Positions 11,365 through 22,570 of a DNA stretch of 35,596 nt are shown piece after piece. Each line of letters opens with the position of its first letter. Within the stretch, counting starts at the first letter, position 1. The notes beneath the pieces were generated by a model. That model was given only the letters and a program-made list of their open reading frames with translations, was not told where the DNA came from and ran no database searches. This DNA is from Chiloscyllium plagiosum. Its lineage: Eukaryota. The stretch covers positions 6,522,852 through 6,558,447 of the forward strand of contig NC_057720.1 of NCBI RefSeq assembly GCF_004010195.1, in the 5' to 3' direction. The position numbers and the translations under genes are program-made.

Positions 11365-11550
11365 GTTGAAAAGTCACATGACACCAGCTTATAGTCCAAC
11401 AGGTTTATCTGAAATCACAAGCTTCACCTGACGAAGGAGCAGTGCTTTGAAAGCTTGTGATTTCAAATAAACCTGTTGGACTGTAACCTGCTGCTGTGTG
11501 ATTTCTGACCTTGCCCACCCCAGTCCAACACCGGCACCTCCACATCACGG
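11365..11550 (+). mobile_element. Fold-back element of a second PLE-type family with a hammerhead at the apex
   Basis: ~11368-11424 is the inverted copy of ~11451-11507; core TCAC-CTGACGA-AGGAGCAGTGCTTT-GAAA-GCTT-GTGA. Confidence 0.75.
11424..11460 (+). ncRNA. Minimal hammerhead ribozyme motif (stem II weakened by G-U pairs)
   Basis: Stem I TCAC/GTGA; CUGACGA; stem II GGAGC/GCTTT; GAAA; palindromic AGCT; putative cleavage after CUU. Confidence 0.6.
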
Positions 11551-12532
11551 CTAGCAATTAATGATAACATATGCACCAACATAGAGTATCTATAGAAGAG
11601 GATCTCTTCATAGATAACAAACAGGTTTCTTGCCATGATGGCAGTCGATACAACTACATTTGGTCAAGGGTAATTGCCAGGGCCTGAGGGAGCTATTGCA
11701 AAATACTTCTGCTCCCTCCAAAAGCTAGAGTAGAACTCCCTGTGTCCACTACCGACTGTATGTGACCTCAGTAGAATGGGTGGATCTAATGTAACATGAA
11801 CTTTAACTCTCATTTGCCACAGTGATGTTGATTTCTATCTTCAGCAGGTTATTCACATGGATGAGGCAATACTTACGAAAGCTCCTAAAACATAAGAATT
11901 AGATACTTGGGGGGGGAGGGTAACATACGACTGAAATATTCATAGATGCTTGTTACTGCATCTGGCATAAATAAATATTACAGCCACAGGAACGTCAAGA
12001 CCTCTGCTAATACTCAGCTCTTGACTACAACCTGCAGCACATTTCCATCAGTATGCTCAGCTTCAAGTGGCCCCATTTCAGATGGAGACTGAGATCCTGA
12101 TACCAGCAGGCTGCACGGTGATGATATTGTGGGCAGGTCTCTCAAAGGAATACTGCACACTAGCTCTGAGGAAAGAGAATGTACTATAGCCAGGTTTATG
12201 GATGACGCAAAATAATTAGGGGGTGAGGTGGTGAGGATGATGCAAAGAGTTTGCACAGGAATATAGACAGGTTAAGCGAGTGGACAAGAACTTGGCAGAT
12301 GTAATATAGCATAGGGAACTGTGAGGTAATGCACTTTGGCAGGAAGAATAAAGGAACTGAGTATTATTATAATGGAGAAAGGCTGAAGAAAGCTACAGAA
12401 AAGAGGATTGCGGGAGTCCTCATCCACGAATCACAAGAAGTTAGCATCCAAGTTGGACTGATTTGGCTAAAGGTGTTTCCAAGGTGGATGACTCAATGAA
12501 TCTAGGTTCAGCTAACAATGGGGAAGGCAAAT

Positions 12533-12823
12533 GGGTGTGGCACGGTGGCTCAGTAGTTAGCAATGCTGCCTCACAGTGCCGGGGCCATGTTCAATCCCTG
12601 CCTCGGGCGACTGCCTACTAGAGTTTGCACGTTCTCCCCATGTCTATGTGGATTTCCTCCGGATGCTCTGGTTTTCTCCCACAGTCCAAAGATGTGCAAG
12701 TCAGGTGAGTTGGCCATGCTAAATTTCCTGTAGAGGAATGGGTCTGGGTGGGTTACTCTTCGGGGGGTCAGTGTGGACTTGTTGGGCCGAAGGGCCTGTT
12801 TCCATACAGTAGGGAATCTAATC
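12533..12823 (+). mobile_element. HE1 SINE inserted in CR1
   Basis: Typical head and tail; flanked by CAAATGG on both sides. Confidence 0.9.
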
Positions 12824-13155
12824 AAATGGAATATTGGCCTTTATTTAAAAGGGAATGGAATATAAAATAGTGAGGTTTTGCCAAAATTATATACGACACT
12901 AATCAGACTGCATCTGAAATATGATGAACAGATTTAGGTCGCTTATCTAAATAAATATGTACTAGCAGTGGAGGCAGTCCAGAGAAAGTCCATGAGGTTG
13001 ATACCACATATGGGCTGCCTGTCCTTTAAGGAGAGGCTGAGTCAATTGGGCCTGTAGTCATTGGAATGTTGAAGAATGAGACATACCTTATTGAAACATG
13101 GAAGATTCTTAGGGGACTTGACAGGGGAGATGCAGTAAGGTTGCTTCCCTTGTGA

Positions 13156-13461
13156 GATTAGATTAGATTCCCTACACTGTGGAAACAGGCCCTTTGGCCC
13201 AACAAGTCCGCACCCACCCTCCAAAGAGCAACCCACCCAGACCCATTCCCCCGAACTAATACACCTAACTCTATGGGCAATTCATCATGGCCAATTCACC
13301 TGACCTGCACATCTTTGGAGGAAACCTGAGCACCCAGAGGCAACCCACACAGACACGGGGAGAACGTGCAAATTCCACACAGACAGTTGCCTGAGGCTGG
13401 AATCGAACGTGGGTCCCTGCTGCTGTGAGGCAGCAGTGCTAACCACTGAGCCACCGTGACC
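13156..13461 (-). mobile_element. HE1 SINE inserted in CR1
   Basis: GATTAGATTAGATT tail at left; head at right. Confidence 0.9.
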
Positions 13462-13719
13462 AGAGGCAGTCATTACAGGAAAAGTGGTCACACATTTAAG
13501 TCAGAGATGAGGAGGAATTTCTTCTTTTAGATGGTAGTGAACCTGTTTAACACAGAGGGCTGTGAGATTGGGTGCTCAAGTATATTCAAGGCTGAGACAG
13601 ACAGAGTGTTAATCAGTAAGGGGAATCAAGGCTACGGAGAAAAGGCAGGAGAGTGGTTTTGAGGATGGTGAGATCAGCCACGATCTCATTGAATAACAAA
13701 GTAGACTCAGTGGACTGCA

Positions 13720-14437
13720 CGTCAAAGAGTGTGGCGCTGGAAAAGCACAGGGGTCAGGCAGCATCCGAGGAGCAGGAGAGTCAGATGGAAGATGAACAGG
13801 TAGGACAGTTCAAGAACGTGGTGCCAAGTTGGAAGTTTGGGACTGGAATAAGGTGGGGGGAGGGGAAATGAGGAAACTGGTGAAACCAACATTGATCCCG
13901 CGTGGTTGGGGGGTCCCAAGGTGGAAGATAAGGCGTTCTTTCTCCAGGCATCAGGTCGTTAGAGTTTGGCGATGGAGGAGGCCCAGGACCTACATGTCCT
14001 TGGTGGAGCGGGAGGGGGAGTTAAAGTGTTCAGCCGCCGGTGGGGTTGGCTAGTGTGGGTGTCCCAGAGATGTTCTCAAAAACAATCCGCAATGCCTCAT
14101 CTTCCACCTGTGACCCCCCAACCACACAGGATCAATGTGGATTTCACTAGTTTCCTTTCCTCCCCCCACCTTATCCCAATCCCAATGTTCCAACTCGGCA
14201 CTGGCCTCTTGAATGCATCTACCTATTGAACTCTCAGCTATCTTCCCCCTCCCAGCCCCACCCCCATCCCATTTATCTCTCAGCCCCCTTGGCCCACAAG
14301 CCTCATTCCTGATGAAGGGCTTACGCTTGAAACATCAATTGTCCTGCTCCTTGGATGCTGCCTGACCGGCTGTGCTTTTCCAGCACTACACTGTTTCACT
14401 CTGATCTTCAGCATCTGCAGTCCTCACTTCCTCCTCC
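13720..14437. mobile_element. PLE with inverted duplication; GIY-YIG C-terminal remnant
   Basis: Minus strand of ~13870-14090 reads F*EHLWDT...EHFNSPSRSTKDM*VLGLLHRQT...LEKERLIFHLGTPQPRGINVGFTSF. 14092-14437 is a plus-strand copy of the 3' part with CTGATGA at 14309-14315. Confidence 0.85.
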
Positions 14438-14631
14438 TTAATATGGCCTACTGCTGCTTCCATGTTGCGTGGTCTGATGGTCTCAGTACAACTAATCCTT
14501 TCAGACCAGTTACTTGGTTCAGCACCTGCAAACTATCAGCCTGAAAGCTTGAGCAGCCTTTTAAAACATTGTGTTTGTGGAGCCAGAGATTCTTCTGAAT
14601 GTACACAAGCAACACGCACTCAGAATGTAGA

Positions 14632-15080
14632 GGTGTTGGCCTCATGATATTATCGCTTGACTATCAATCCTGAGACCCAAATAATGTTCTGGGGAGTTTG
14701 GGTTCAAATCCCTTCATAGCAAATGGTGTAGTTCAAATCTAGTAAAACTCACCAATTAAAAGCCTAACAAAGGTCATGAAATGACTGGGGAGGAGAATGT
14801 CCATTTGGTTTTGAAAAAGAGTCACATGTCTTGGAATGTTAACTCTCTCCACAGATGCTGCCAATCCTGCTGAGTTTCTCCAGAAGCTTCTATTTTTGTT
14901 CCATCCGGTTTACTCACGTCCTTTAGGGAAGGAAACATCCCATCTTCACCCACTCTGGCCCAAACGTGACTCCAGACCCACAGCAATACAACTGACTCTT
15001 AACTCCCTTCCGGGCAATTAGGGATGAGCAATAAATGCTGGCCTAGCCAATGAGGCCCTCATCCTGTGAATGATTTTAAG
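14632..15080 (+). mobile_element. Shark tRNA-derived SINE (non-HE1 family), interrupted by a PLE tail at ~14810-14900
   Basis: B-box GGGTTCAAATCCC; 3' tail GGGCAATTAGGGATGAGCAATAAATGCTGGCC also seen at ~23505-23575 (minus), ~28135-28210 (minus) and ~30400-30500 (plus). Confidence 0.7.
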
Positions 15081-15414
15081 AAAAACTAAAAGTCTAATTC
15101 CTTCCATGGATGCAGCCTCATTAATTCTTTCATTTTCAGTTTTTTTATTTCAGAATTGCAGCATCAATGGTGCTTTGCTTTCTTTAGGAGACGCTTTATA
15201 CCTAGTGAAGGCCAACCTTTCAATCATTTGTAAAAAATTCTATCTTACAGCATACAATTTATTGTCAGTTGCAGAGTGAATAAGAGGTGGGAGACACATC
15301 ATCTTAAATTTGTCTATTTGGCAGCACATTGTGAATTATTCATTTGCACGCCTACCTGCTTATTATATGTAATATGTAATAACATTGCTCTTTGAAACAA
15401 TTTTCCTTTCACTC

Positions 15415-15985
15415 TGTATTCATAGAGTCATAGAGCTGTACAGTATGGGAACAGACCCTTCGGTTCAACTTGTCCATGCCGACCAGATATCCTAAATTAA
15501 TTGAGTCCCATTTGCCAGCATTTGATTCATATCCCTCTAAACATTTTCTTTTCATGTAGCCATCCAGATGTCTTTTAAATTTTGCAATTCGCATTGTATT
15601 CACCAAATAGAAGTTTATAAAATCGTGAGGGGCATGGGTAGGATGAATAACCATGTATTTTTTCCCAGGGTAGGGGAGTCCAAAACTAGAGGGCATAGTT
15701 TGAGGTGAGAGGGAAAGATTTGAAAAGAATTTGAGGGCAAACTTTTTCACACAGAGGGTAGTACGTGTATGGATTGAGCTGCCAGAGGAGGTGGTGGAGG
15801 CTGGTACAATTACAACATTTAAAGGGCATCATAAATAGGAAGTTTTTTAGAGGGGTATGGACCAAATGCTGGCAAATGGAAGTAGTTCAGTTTAGGATAT
15901 CTGATTGGTGCAGATGAGTTGGACCAAAGGGTCTGTTTCAATGCTGTACAATTCTATGACTCTATGTTTTATTCTATGATTCTAT
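15415..15985. mobile_element. Two CR1 3' ends in inverted orientation
   Basis: 15415-15595 is a minus-strand tail; 15605-15985 is a plus-strand 3' end with TCTATGA repeats. Confidence 0.85.
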
Positions 15986-16254
15986 GTTTTTCAGCAAATG
16001 GTCATCACTGACATCTCCAATCATGGTTTTCCAACTGGGAGCACAGTTACAGAATGAACCTGAACTTTTGGGAGGGTCATTGATAATATTCCTGAATGCC
16101 CAGCCAGCTTTAAGTGTCATCTGTTGCCCAATATCACAAAGTCTTGTAAATTTACACAGCACACCGTTAAGGTATAGCACTAACGTTTGATTAACAGGGA
16201 CGTGAAGTACAAGACCAAGACATTTACGGGGTTAAACTTGGATAATGTGACTCT

Positions 16255-17010
16255 AACTGGAGTCTTGTGTCTAATTCTGGGCTATACACTGTGAGAATGA
16301 AATTAGAGAGAGTGCAGAAATGATTCACAAGAATGATTATAAGGATGAGGAACTTTATTGAGGCCGATAGACCGGAGAAGTTGGACACTTGAAGAAATTG
16401 AGGGGAGATTTGATTGAGGTGAAGGAGGAGGTGTGGTTTTTCAGGTAATTGGCAAGTGAAACAATGTTGGCGTGAGGAGAAACAATGAAATTAACTGAGG
16501 GCTGGAATGCACTGTCTGAGAGAATGGTGGGGGCAGATGCAAATGAGGCATTCAAAAAAGAATTGGACTGTTATCTGAAAAAGGAGGAACATGCAGGGTC
16601 ACAGCAGAATTTCCCCAGGGCAGGATTGACTGGTACACGGAGTCATATTTTGAAGATATTAGGTGGAAAGTATAAAGGAGACATCAGAGGTAGGTTCTAT
16701 ACGCAGAGAGTTGTGAATGCATGGAATGCGTTGCCAGCAGTGGTGGTGGAAGCAGAGTCATTGGGGACATTTAAGCGACTGCTGGACGTGCACATGGATA
16801 GCAGTGAGTTGAGGGGTGTGTAGGTTAAGTTATTATATTTTACGTTAGGATTAAGTCTCGGCACAACATCGTGGGCCTAACGGCCTGTTCTGTGCTGTAC
16901 TTTTCTATGTTCTAGAATTTGGGAGAGTTGCTCTGGATAGATGACTTAGTCAGAGAGATGGTGCAGGCATGATGGGCCGAACAGACTCTTTGGCCCTGCA
17001 ACCATTCTGT
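16255..17010 (+). mobile_element. Old CR1 3' fragment with a younger CR1 3' end nested at ~16610-16915
   Basis: TRSHILKILGGKYKGDIRGRFYTQRVVNAWNALP in ORF 16485-16823. Confidence 0.8.
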
Positions 17011-17429
17011 GAAGTGAACAAAACTCAGCACACAATGCTCAGCGCACCACGGACTCCCAACACGGTCACTCCTTCATCTTCCCTGTGCATCAAAAGCCTA
17101 CACAGTCCCCTTCGATAATATCTGAAACGGCATTCCCTGCAGACTGAGTGTGTTCCATCACTCCGAGATTCCATGTGCGGCGACTGGTATCAGCAAACCG
17201 ATCGCGGCGTTGGCTTCCGATTCCGGAAGTCTCTGCTGCCCACTGTCACTGGACATCCGTGAAGAAGATTAGTGGGAATCCTTAAGCTGTACCCTGACTG
17301 TTCCCTGCTGATCAGTTACACTGTGTACTTTGCAAACCTGCTGAAATATGGTGGGGTTTTGAGTTTGTGCCTCACCATGACTGTGGATAATATGACAATG
17401 TGATGCACTGCTAAGGTTTCCTGCTTCAG

Positions 17430-17486
17430 TGAAGGATTTAGCCAGGATGAAAAAGACTTACACCCACAAATACTGGAAACAGCGAA
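17430..17486 (+). CDS. Candidate 57-nt internal exon (phase 2-2): xEGFSQDEKDLHPQILETAx
   Basis: TTTCCTGCTTCAG| acceptor, GAA|GTAAGT donor, open frame, length divisible by 3, non-repetitive context; no recognisable homolog. Confidence 0.25.
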
Positions 17487-18183
17487 GTAAGTTTTGTATC
17501 TCAATGAAATGTGTAATGACTCAGCGTGGCCTGTATTTTCTCAGCTCTCTTTACTCCATCCTCCCCTGACATGACAAGTTCCAGGTCACTTGCTCCACTG
17601 AACTGAGCAGGCCTCTGTGACAGTGGGTTCTTTCACAAGAGAAGCCCCTGTCTTCAGTCTTACATTTGCTTCATGTGTTACATTTCACTTTCACCAGACA
17701 GTCTGAAACGAGTAAGATATACGTCAGGAGTCAAGCACCAACTAAACGAGAAACAAAACAAAGGAGTCAGTCAGAAAGTCACAAAAAAAATGGTGGTCTT
17801 TAGTACAACACAAAGTCACAATTTCCACCTTTCTCCTCCCCCCACTGCCAGCAACTCTGGTGTCTCCAAAAGGCATTGTGTAGCTAGAACATAAGCACAA
17901 AGCAAAATAGACATTAGAGCACGCTTTTCTGTTCCTTTAGTCTGATCTGGCATTCAAAATCATCAATGGTTAATCTACTCCCTCAGTTCCACTTCCGACT
18001 CAAGTTAATCTTTTGTCTTACTTCCGTCACAAGACTGTCAATGAAATCCATATTGAAAGGAAGCCACAGAAATGGGCCTGAATCTGTTCATCAGTGGTCT
18101 CATCGTTTAGACCAGCTTCGTGGATAACAGTGCACTCTCAGAACTAACACCATGTGATTGGTGTTGGAGATCGATTGGTTAAG

Positions 18184-18365
18184 ATGGAGGGCTCTTGTAG
18201 CTTTGGGACCACCCACCCTTCCTCTTCCCACGAGTCCAGGTTGAATGAACCTCAGACGAGGGGCGGTATTCTGTGCAATTGTGCTTCTGAACGCCTCCAT
18301 TTCTGCCCCTGCCGTTTACTTTGGAAAGGGGAAGTGGACACTGTACTCCTTATGAAGGAATTAAG
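18184..18365 (+). CDS. Candidate first coding exon MEGSCSFG...VLLMKEL(R/S)
   Basis: Strong Kozak AAGATGG, 60 open codons, then AAG|GTAAGC donor; unique sequence; protein not recognised. Confidence 0.3.
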
Positions 18366-18715
18366 GTAAGCATCAGAAAACTATCTGAAAGCTGACAGAT
18401 TTCCAAAACAGATTCAAGCTGACAACCTCCAAGAAGAAGCGAGGAGACAAGAATTAGATTAAACAAAAGTGAAAACAGCGAGAAATAATCTTTCCTGCAT
18501 CTCATCTTAAGCTAAATCCTATTCATTCTCTTCTAATATTATCCTTTACAATACTGTCAGCCACACAACGTTCCAGACATCAGCATAGTTGTCCAGTGAT
18601 GGTACATTAGCATTCAGTTGTTCAGTGTGTGATTATGTCAGTTTGGCACTGATCAGTGTGCTAAATAGATTATACTTGGGAGGATAGAAGTGAAGAAACT
18701 AGAAAAAGTTAGCAA

Positions 18716-18921
18716 AGAACATAGAACATTACAGGGCAGTACAGGCCCTTCGGCCCTCGATGTTGCGCCGACCTGTCATACCAATCTGAAGCCCATCCCA
18801 CCTACACTATTCCATGTACGTCCATATGCTTGTCCAATGACGACTTAAATGTATTTAAAGTTGGCGAATCTACTACCGTCGCAGGCAAAGCATTCCATAC
18901 CCTTCCTACTCTCTGAGTAAA
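18716..18921 (-). mobile_element. Short, CpG-retaining CR1 3' end
   Basis: AGAACATAGAACA tail followed by CAGGCCCTTCGGCCCTCGATGTTGCGCCG. Confidence 0.85.
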
Positions 18922-19360
18922 GCAGCGTGAGCTGAAGTATGGAGCAGACATTTCAAAGCCTTATGAACAGAAACACTGACCTACGTAGAAACCTGACTCA
19001 TTGCTGCAGAGATGTGAGATAAAAAATATACAACTTGTGCCTAATTATTTGTCTTAGTGACATGGAAAACTGCTCCAGATTGCCAAGCCCTAGGCTGCTA
19101 TGTGCAACTATGTTGGGTTCTGGTAATTTGTGTCTCCCAGGTTCTCAGAGCATGGCCTTGCTGATTTTCATTGTTGCAATAAAATGGATAAATAAATACT
19201 AATTTGATTGCTACTTTCTGTGTTATTTAGTGCCAGGAAGAAAAAGGATTTTGCAAAAAGAAGCATAAACTTTGAGGCCACCCCATGATATAAAGATTGA
19301 GAATCTCAAAAACCTGAATCGTCTTTTCTTTAGTTCCCTCATTATCAGAAGATGTCCGTT

Positions 19361-19778
19361 TCATAGAATCCCTACAGTGTGGAAGCAGGCCATTCAGTCC
19401 TTCGAGACCACACCTGACCATCCAAACAGCATTCCACACCCTCCTTGTAATCCTGCATTTCCCATGGCAAATCCCCCTGACCTACACATCTTTAGATTGA
19501 GGGAGGAAACTGGAGCATCCAGAGGAAGCTCACAGGGACCCCCTGAAAATTCCACACAGACTGTTGCCTGAGGGTACTATTGAACTGGGTCCTGGTGCTG
19601 TAAGACAGCAGTGCGAACCACCAAGCGCTGTGCTGCCTTGATCCAAAGGTTAGGTGGATTAGACACATGTGAGGTTTCACGGATAGGTTTGAGGGTCTGG
19701 GTGGGATGCTCTTTGGTGGGTCAGTGCAAAATGATGGGCCAAGTGGCCTCTTACCTCACTGTAGGTATTCTACGATTA
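19361..19778. mobile_element. HE1 SINE (minus, ~19361-19640) abutting a plus-strand HE1 3' half (~19645-19778)
   Basis: Similarity to the other HE1 copies in both orientations. Confidence 0.8.
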
Positions 19779-19868
19779 CTATGTATAAAATATTAAGATG
19801 GCATAAACAAGATAAATGCATATATTTTGTTCAAAGCAGGGCAGGGCAATAGCGACAGCAGAAATAAA

Positions 19869-20172
19869 AGAATCCCTACAGTGTGGAAACAGGCCCTTTG
19901 GCCCAACAAGTCCACACCAACCCTCTGAAGAGTAACCCACCCAGACCAATTCCCCCTACCTTAACATAGACATCCCTGAACACTACAGGCAATTTATCAT
20001 GGCCAATTCAACTAACCTGCACATCTTTAGACTGTGGGAGGAAGCCAGAGTAAACCCACTCAGACACAGAGAGAATGTGCAAACTCCACACAGACAGTCC
20101 CCTGAGGCTGGGATTGAACCCAGGCCTCTGGCGCTGTGAGGCAACAGTGCTAACCACTGAGCCACTGTGCCC
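19869..20172 (-). mobile_element. HE1 SINE
   Basis: Full-length match to the other copies. Confidence 0.9.
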
Positions 20173-20421
20173 GTGCTGTAATGATGAAAAGCAAATTAGA
20201 AACTGGTTCCCAGGTGAATATTTTCGATGAATCTATCAAGTAACAAAGGCAAAGAACATGTATTAGTTTGTTTGTCGGTGTCATCTTCCTTCTAGATGTT
20301 GAGCTGGTGAACAGCTACCTCTGACTGCCCTGTGTTGTCATGACACAATTTCCATAGATCAACCACATCAGGTCCATAATACCCTCCATCCATTTTTGTT
20401 CTGCTTCGCTCTCCTATTTTA

Positions 20422-20600
20422 TCTGTGGCTCCATTACAACATTCAAAAGACATTTGGATAAATACATGGACAGGAAAGGTTTGGAGCGATATGGCCCAGG
20501 AGCAGGCAGCTGGGACTAGTTTAGTTTGGGATTATGGTTGGCATGGACTGGTTGGACTGAGGGGCCTGTTTCCGTGCTGGATGACTCTATGACCTTATGT
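20422..20600 (+). mobile_element. CR1 3' tail
   Basis: CATTCAAAAGACATTTGGAT...ATGACTCTATGAC. Confidence 0.85.
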
Positions 20601-20678
20601 TGACTATTCTCTTTTGTGTTCACATTGTGAATGCAGTTAGCTTATCAAGTCTCTTTGTTCGTTGTCTCTGTCTCCAAG

Positions 20679-20761
20679 GCAGACAACATGGATAACAAAA
20701 CGTCCTATCCCGGCATTCATTTCCTCAGATACAGCTTCAGTTTCTTTGATGTTAACACATG
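20679..20761 (+). CDS. Candidate exon containing an ATG at 20688: MDNKTSYPGIHFLRYSFSFFDVNT(W/C)
   Basis: Long pyrimidine tract ending TCCAAG|, Kozak AACATGG, weaker ATG|GTTTGT donor. Confidence 0.2.
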
Positions 20762-20892
20762 GTTTGTTTTGACAAAAAAAACATTGCAGTGTTTAAAAAT
20801 ATGTTTGAATATAGCGATGGCTCTGATTCATTTAGATGTTTGAGAGGTCTACCCTCCAGCCCTCGAGGAAACTAGAGCTCTCAAAAACCAAA

Positions 20893-21440
20893 TGGAAGGT
20901 TTGAGCTACAGGAAGAGGCTGAATAGGCTGGGGCTGTTTTTCCTGGAGCATCAGAGACTGAGGGTGACCTTATAGAGGTTTATAAAATCATGAGGGGAAT
21001 GGATAGGATAAATAGCTGAAGGGAGGACTGCAGATCAGAGTCACGATTAGAGTGGTGCTGGAAAGGCACAATGGGTCAGGCAGCATCCAAGGAGCAGGAA
21101 AATTGACGATTTGGGCAAAAGCCCTTCATTAAAAGCCCTTCACCACTCTAATCTTGACACAAAATACCTGAAGTGTTTTCCCCCAGAGTAGGGGAGTCCA
21201 AAACTAGAGGGCATAGGTTTAAGGTGAGAGAGGAAAGGGACCTGAGGGGAATGGTGCATGTATGGAATGAGCTGCAAGAGGAAGTTACAACATTTAAAAG
21301 GCATTTAGACAGGTAGATGAATAGGAGAGATTTAGAGGGACATGCACCAAATGCAGGAAAGTGGGACTGGTTCAGTTTAGGGATCCTGGTCGGCGTGGAC
21401 AAGTTGGGTGAAGGATCTGTTTCCATGCTGTATGACTCTA
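20893..21440 (+). mobile_element. CR1 3' fragment interrupted by a PLE-derived fold-back (21022-21161)
   Basis: LSYRKRLNRLGLF...; the insert is flanked by AAATAGCTGAAG (21010-21021) and AAATACCTGAAG (21162-21173). Confidence 0.85.
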
Positions 21441-21927
21441 AGAATCCTTGCACTTAGATTGCCGACTTGCTTGGTGCATTTCGAAATCATAGTCATGGAG
21501 TTATAGAGTTTTGCAGCTTGGTAAGAGCTGGTCCATCCTTACGACAGAGGTTCCTTTACCATCTCTTCAGACAGTGAGCGTCAGAAATCCTGTTCCTCCT
21601 CCCCCAACCAGCAAATGCTGACACTCATGCATCCTGATGACAGATTAACAGATTCAGTCTGCTCCCACTCTCTCAATTGCATTGCATTCCAAAGTCTGAT
21701 AATACACTGCCTCATTAACATTTTTGTACCTAGCCAATTCTTTCATCGTTTACCTTAAGTCAACTTCCCTGTGTTACTGAGTCAGCTGACAGGATAGATA
21801 GTTTGCAATTACTTACCTTACTAAATGCCCTCATAATTTTCACACGATCACCAGATAAAGGTCCAAGAGCAGGCCATTAGGATTATAACATTGAGAATGA
21901 GGTTCAGCCATGATCATATTGAATGGC

Positions 21928-22570
21928 AGTATGCTTTCCTTTATTGGACAGAGCATTGAGTATGGAGTTGGGAGGTCATGTTGCAGCTGTACAGGACATT
22001 GGTTAGGCCACTTCTGGAATATTGTGTGCAATCTGGTCTCCCTCCTATAGGACGGATGGTGTGAAACTTGAAAGGGTTCAGAAAAGATTTACAAGGATGT
22101 TGCCAGGGTTAGAGGGTTTGAGCTATAGGGAGAGGCTGAACAGGCTGAGGCTGTTTTCCCTGGAGCCTCAGAGGCTGAGAGGTGACTTTACTGTCAGAGG
22201 TTCATAAAATCATGAGGGACATGGATAGAGTAAATAGACAAGCTCTTTTCCCTGGGTTGGGGGAGTCCAAAACTAGAGGCTATAGGTGTAAGGTGAGAGG
22301 GGAAAGATATAAAAGGGACCTAAGGGGCAACATTTTCATGCAGAGGGTGGTGCGTGTATGGGATGAGCTGCCAGAGGAAGTGGTGGAGGCTGGTACAATT
22401 GTAACATTTAAAAGGCATTTGGATGGGTATATGAATAGGAAGGGTTTAGAGGAATATGGGCCAGGTGCTGGAAAATGGGACTAGATTAGGTTAGGATATC
22501 TGGTTGGCATGGACGGGTTGGACCGAAGGGTCTGTTTCTGTGCTGTACGTCTCTATATCTCTATGATTCT
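21928..22570 (+). mobile_element. CR1 (HER1-like) 3' fragment inserted in an older CR1 tail (~21845-22610)
   Basis: ORFs 22022-22207 and 22182-22484 encode the CR1 ORF2 C-terminus with a frameshift. Confidence 0.95.

Larger units (their letters stand above)
12165..14468 (+). mobile_element. Old CR1 ORF2 3' half and tail, carrying several later insertions
   Basis: TTTATGGATGAC (FADD-like RT motif) near 12194; CEVMHFGRKN remnant; tail ATGGCCTACTGCTGCTTCCATGTT at ~14443-14466. Confidence 0.85.

Noticed and set aside
19231..19288. Possible terminal exon after TTTCTGTGTTATTTAG
   Set aside because: All three frames stop within about 20 codons and there is no supporting donor or recognisable homology.
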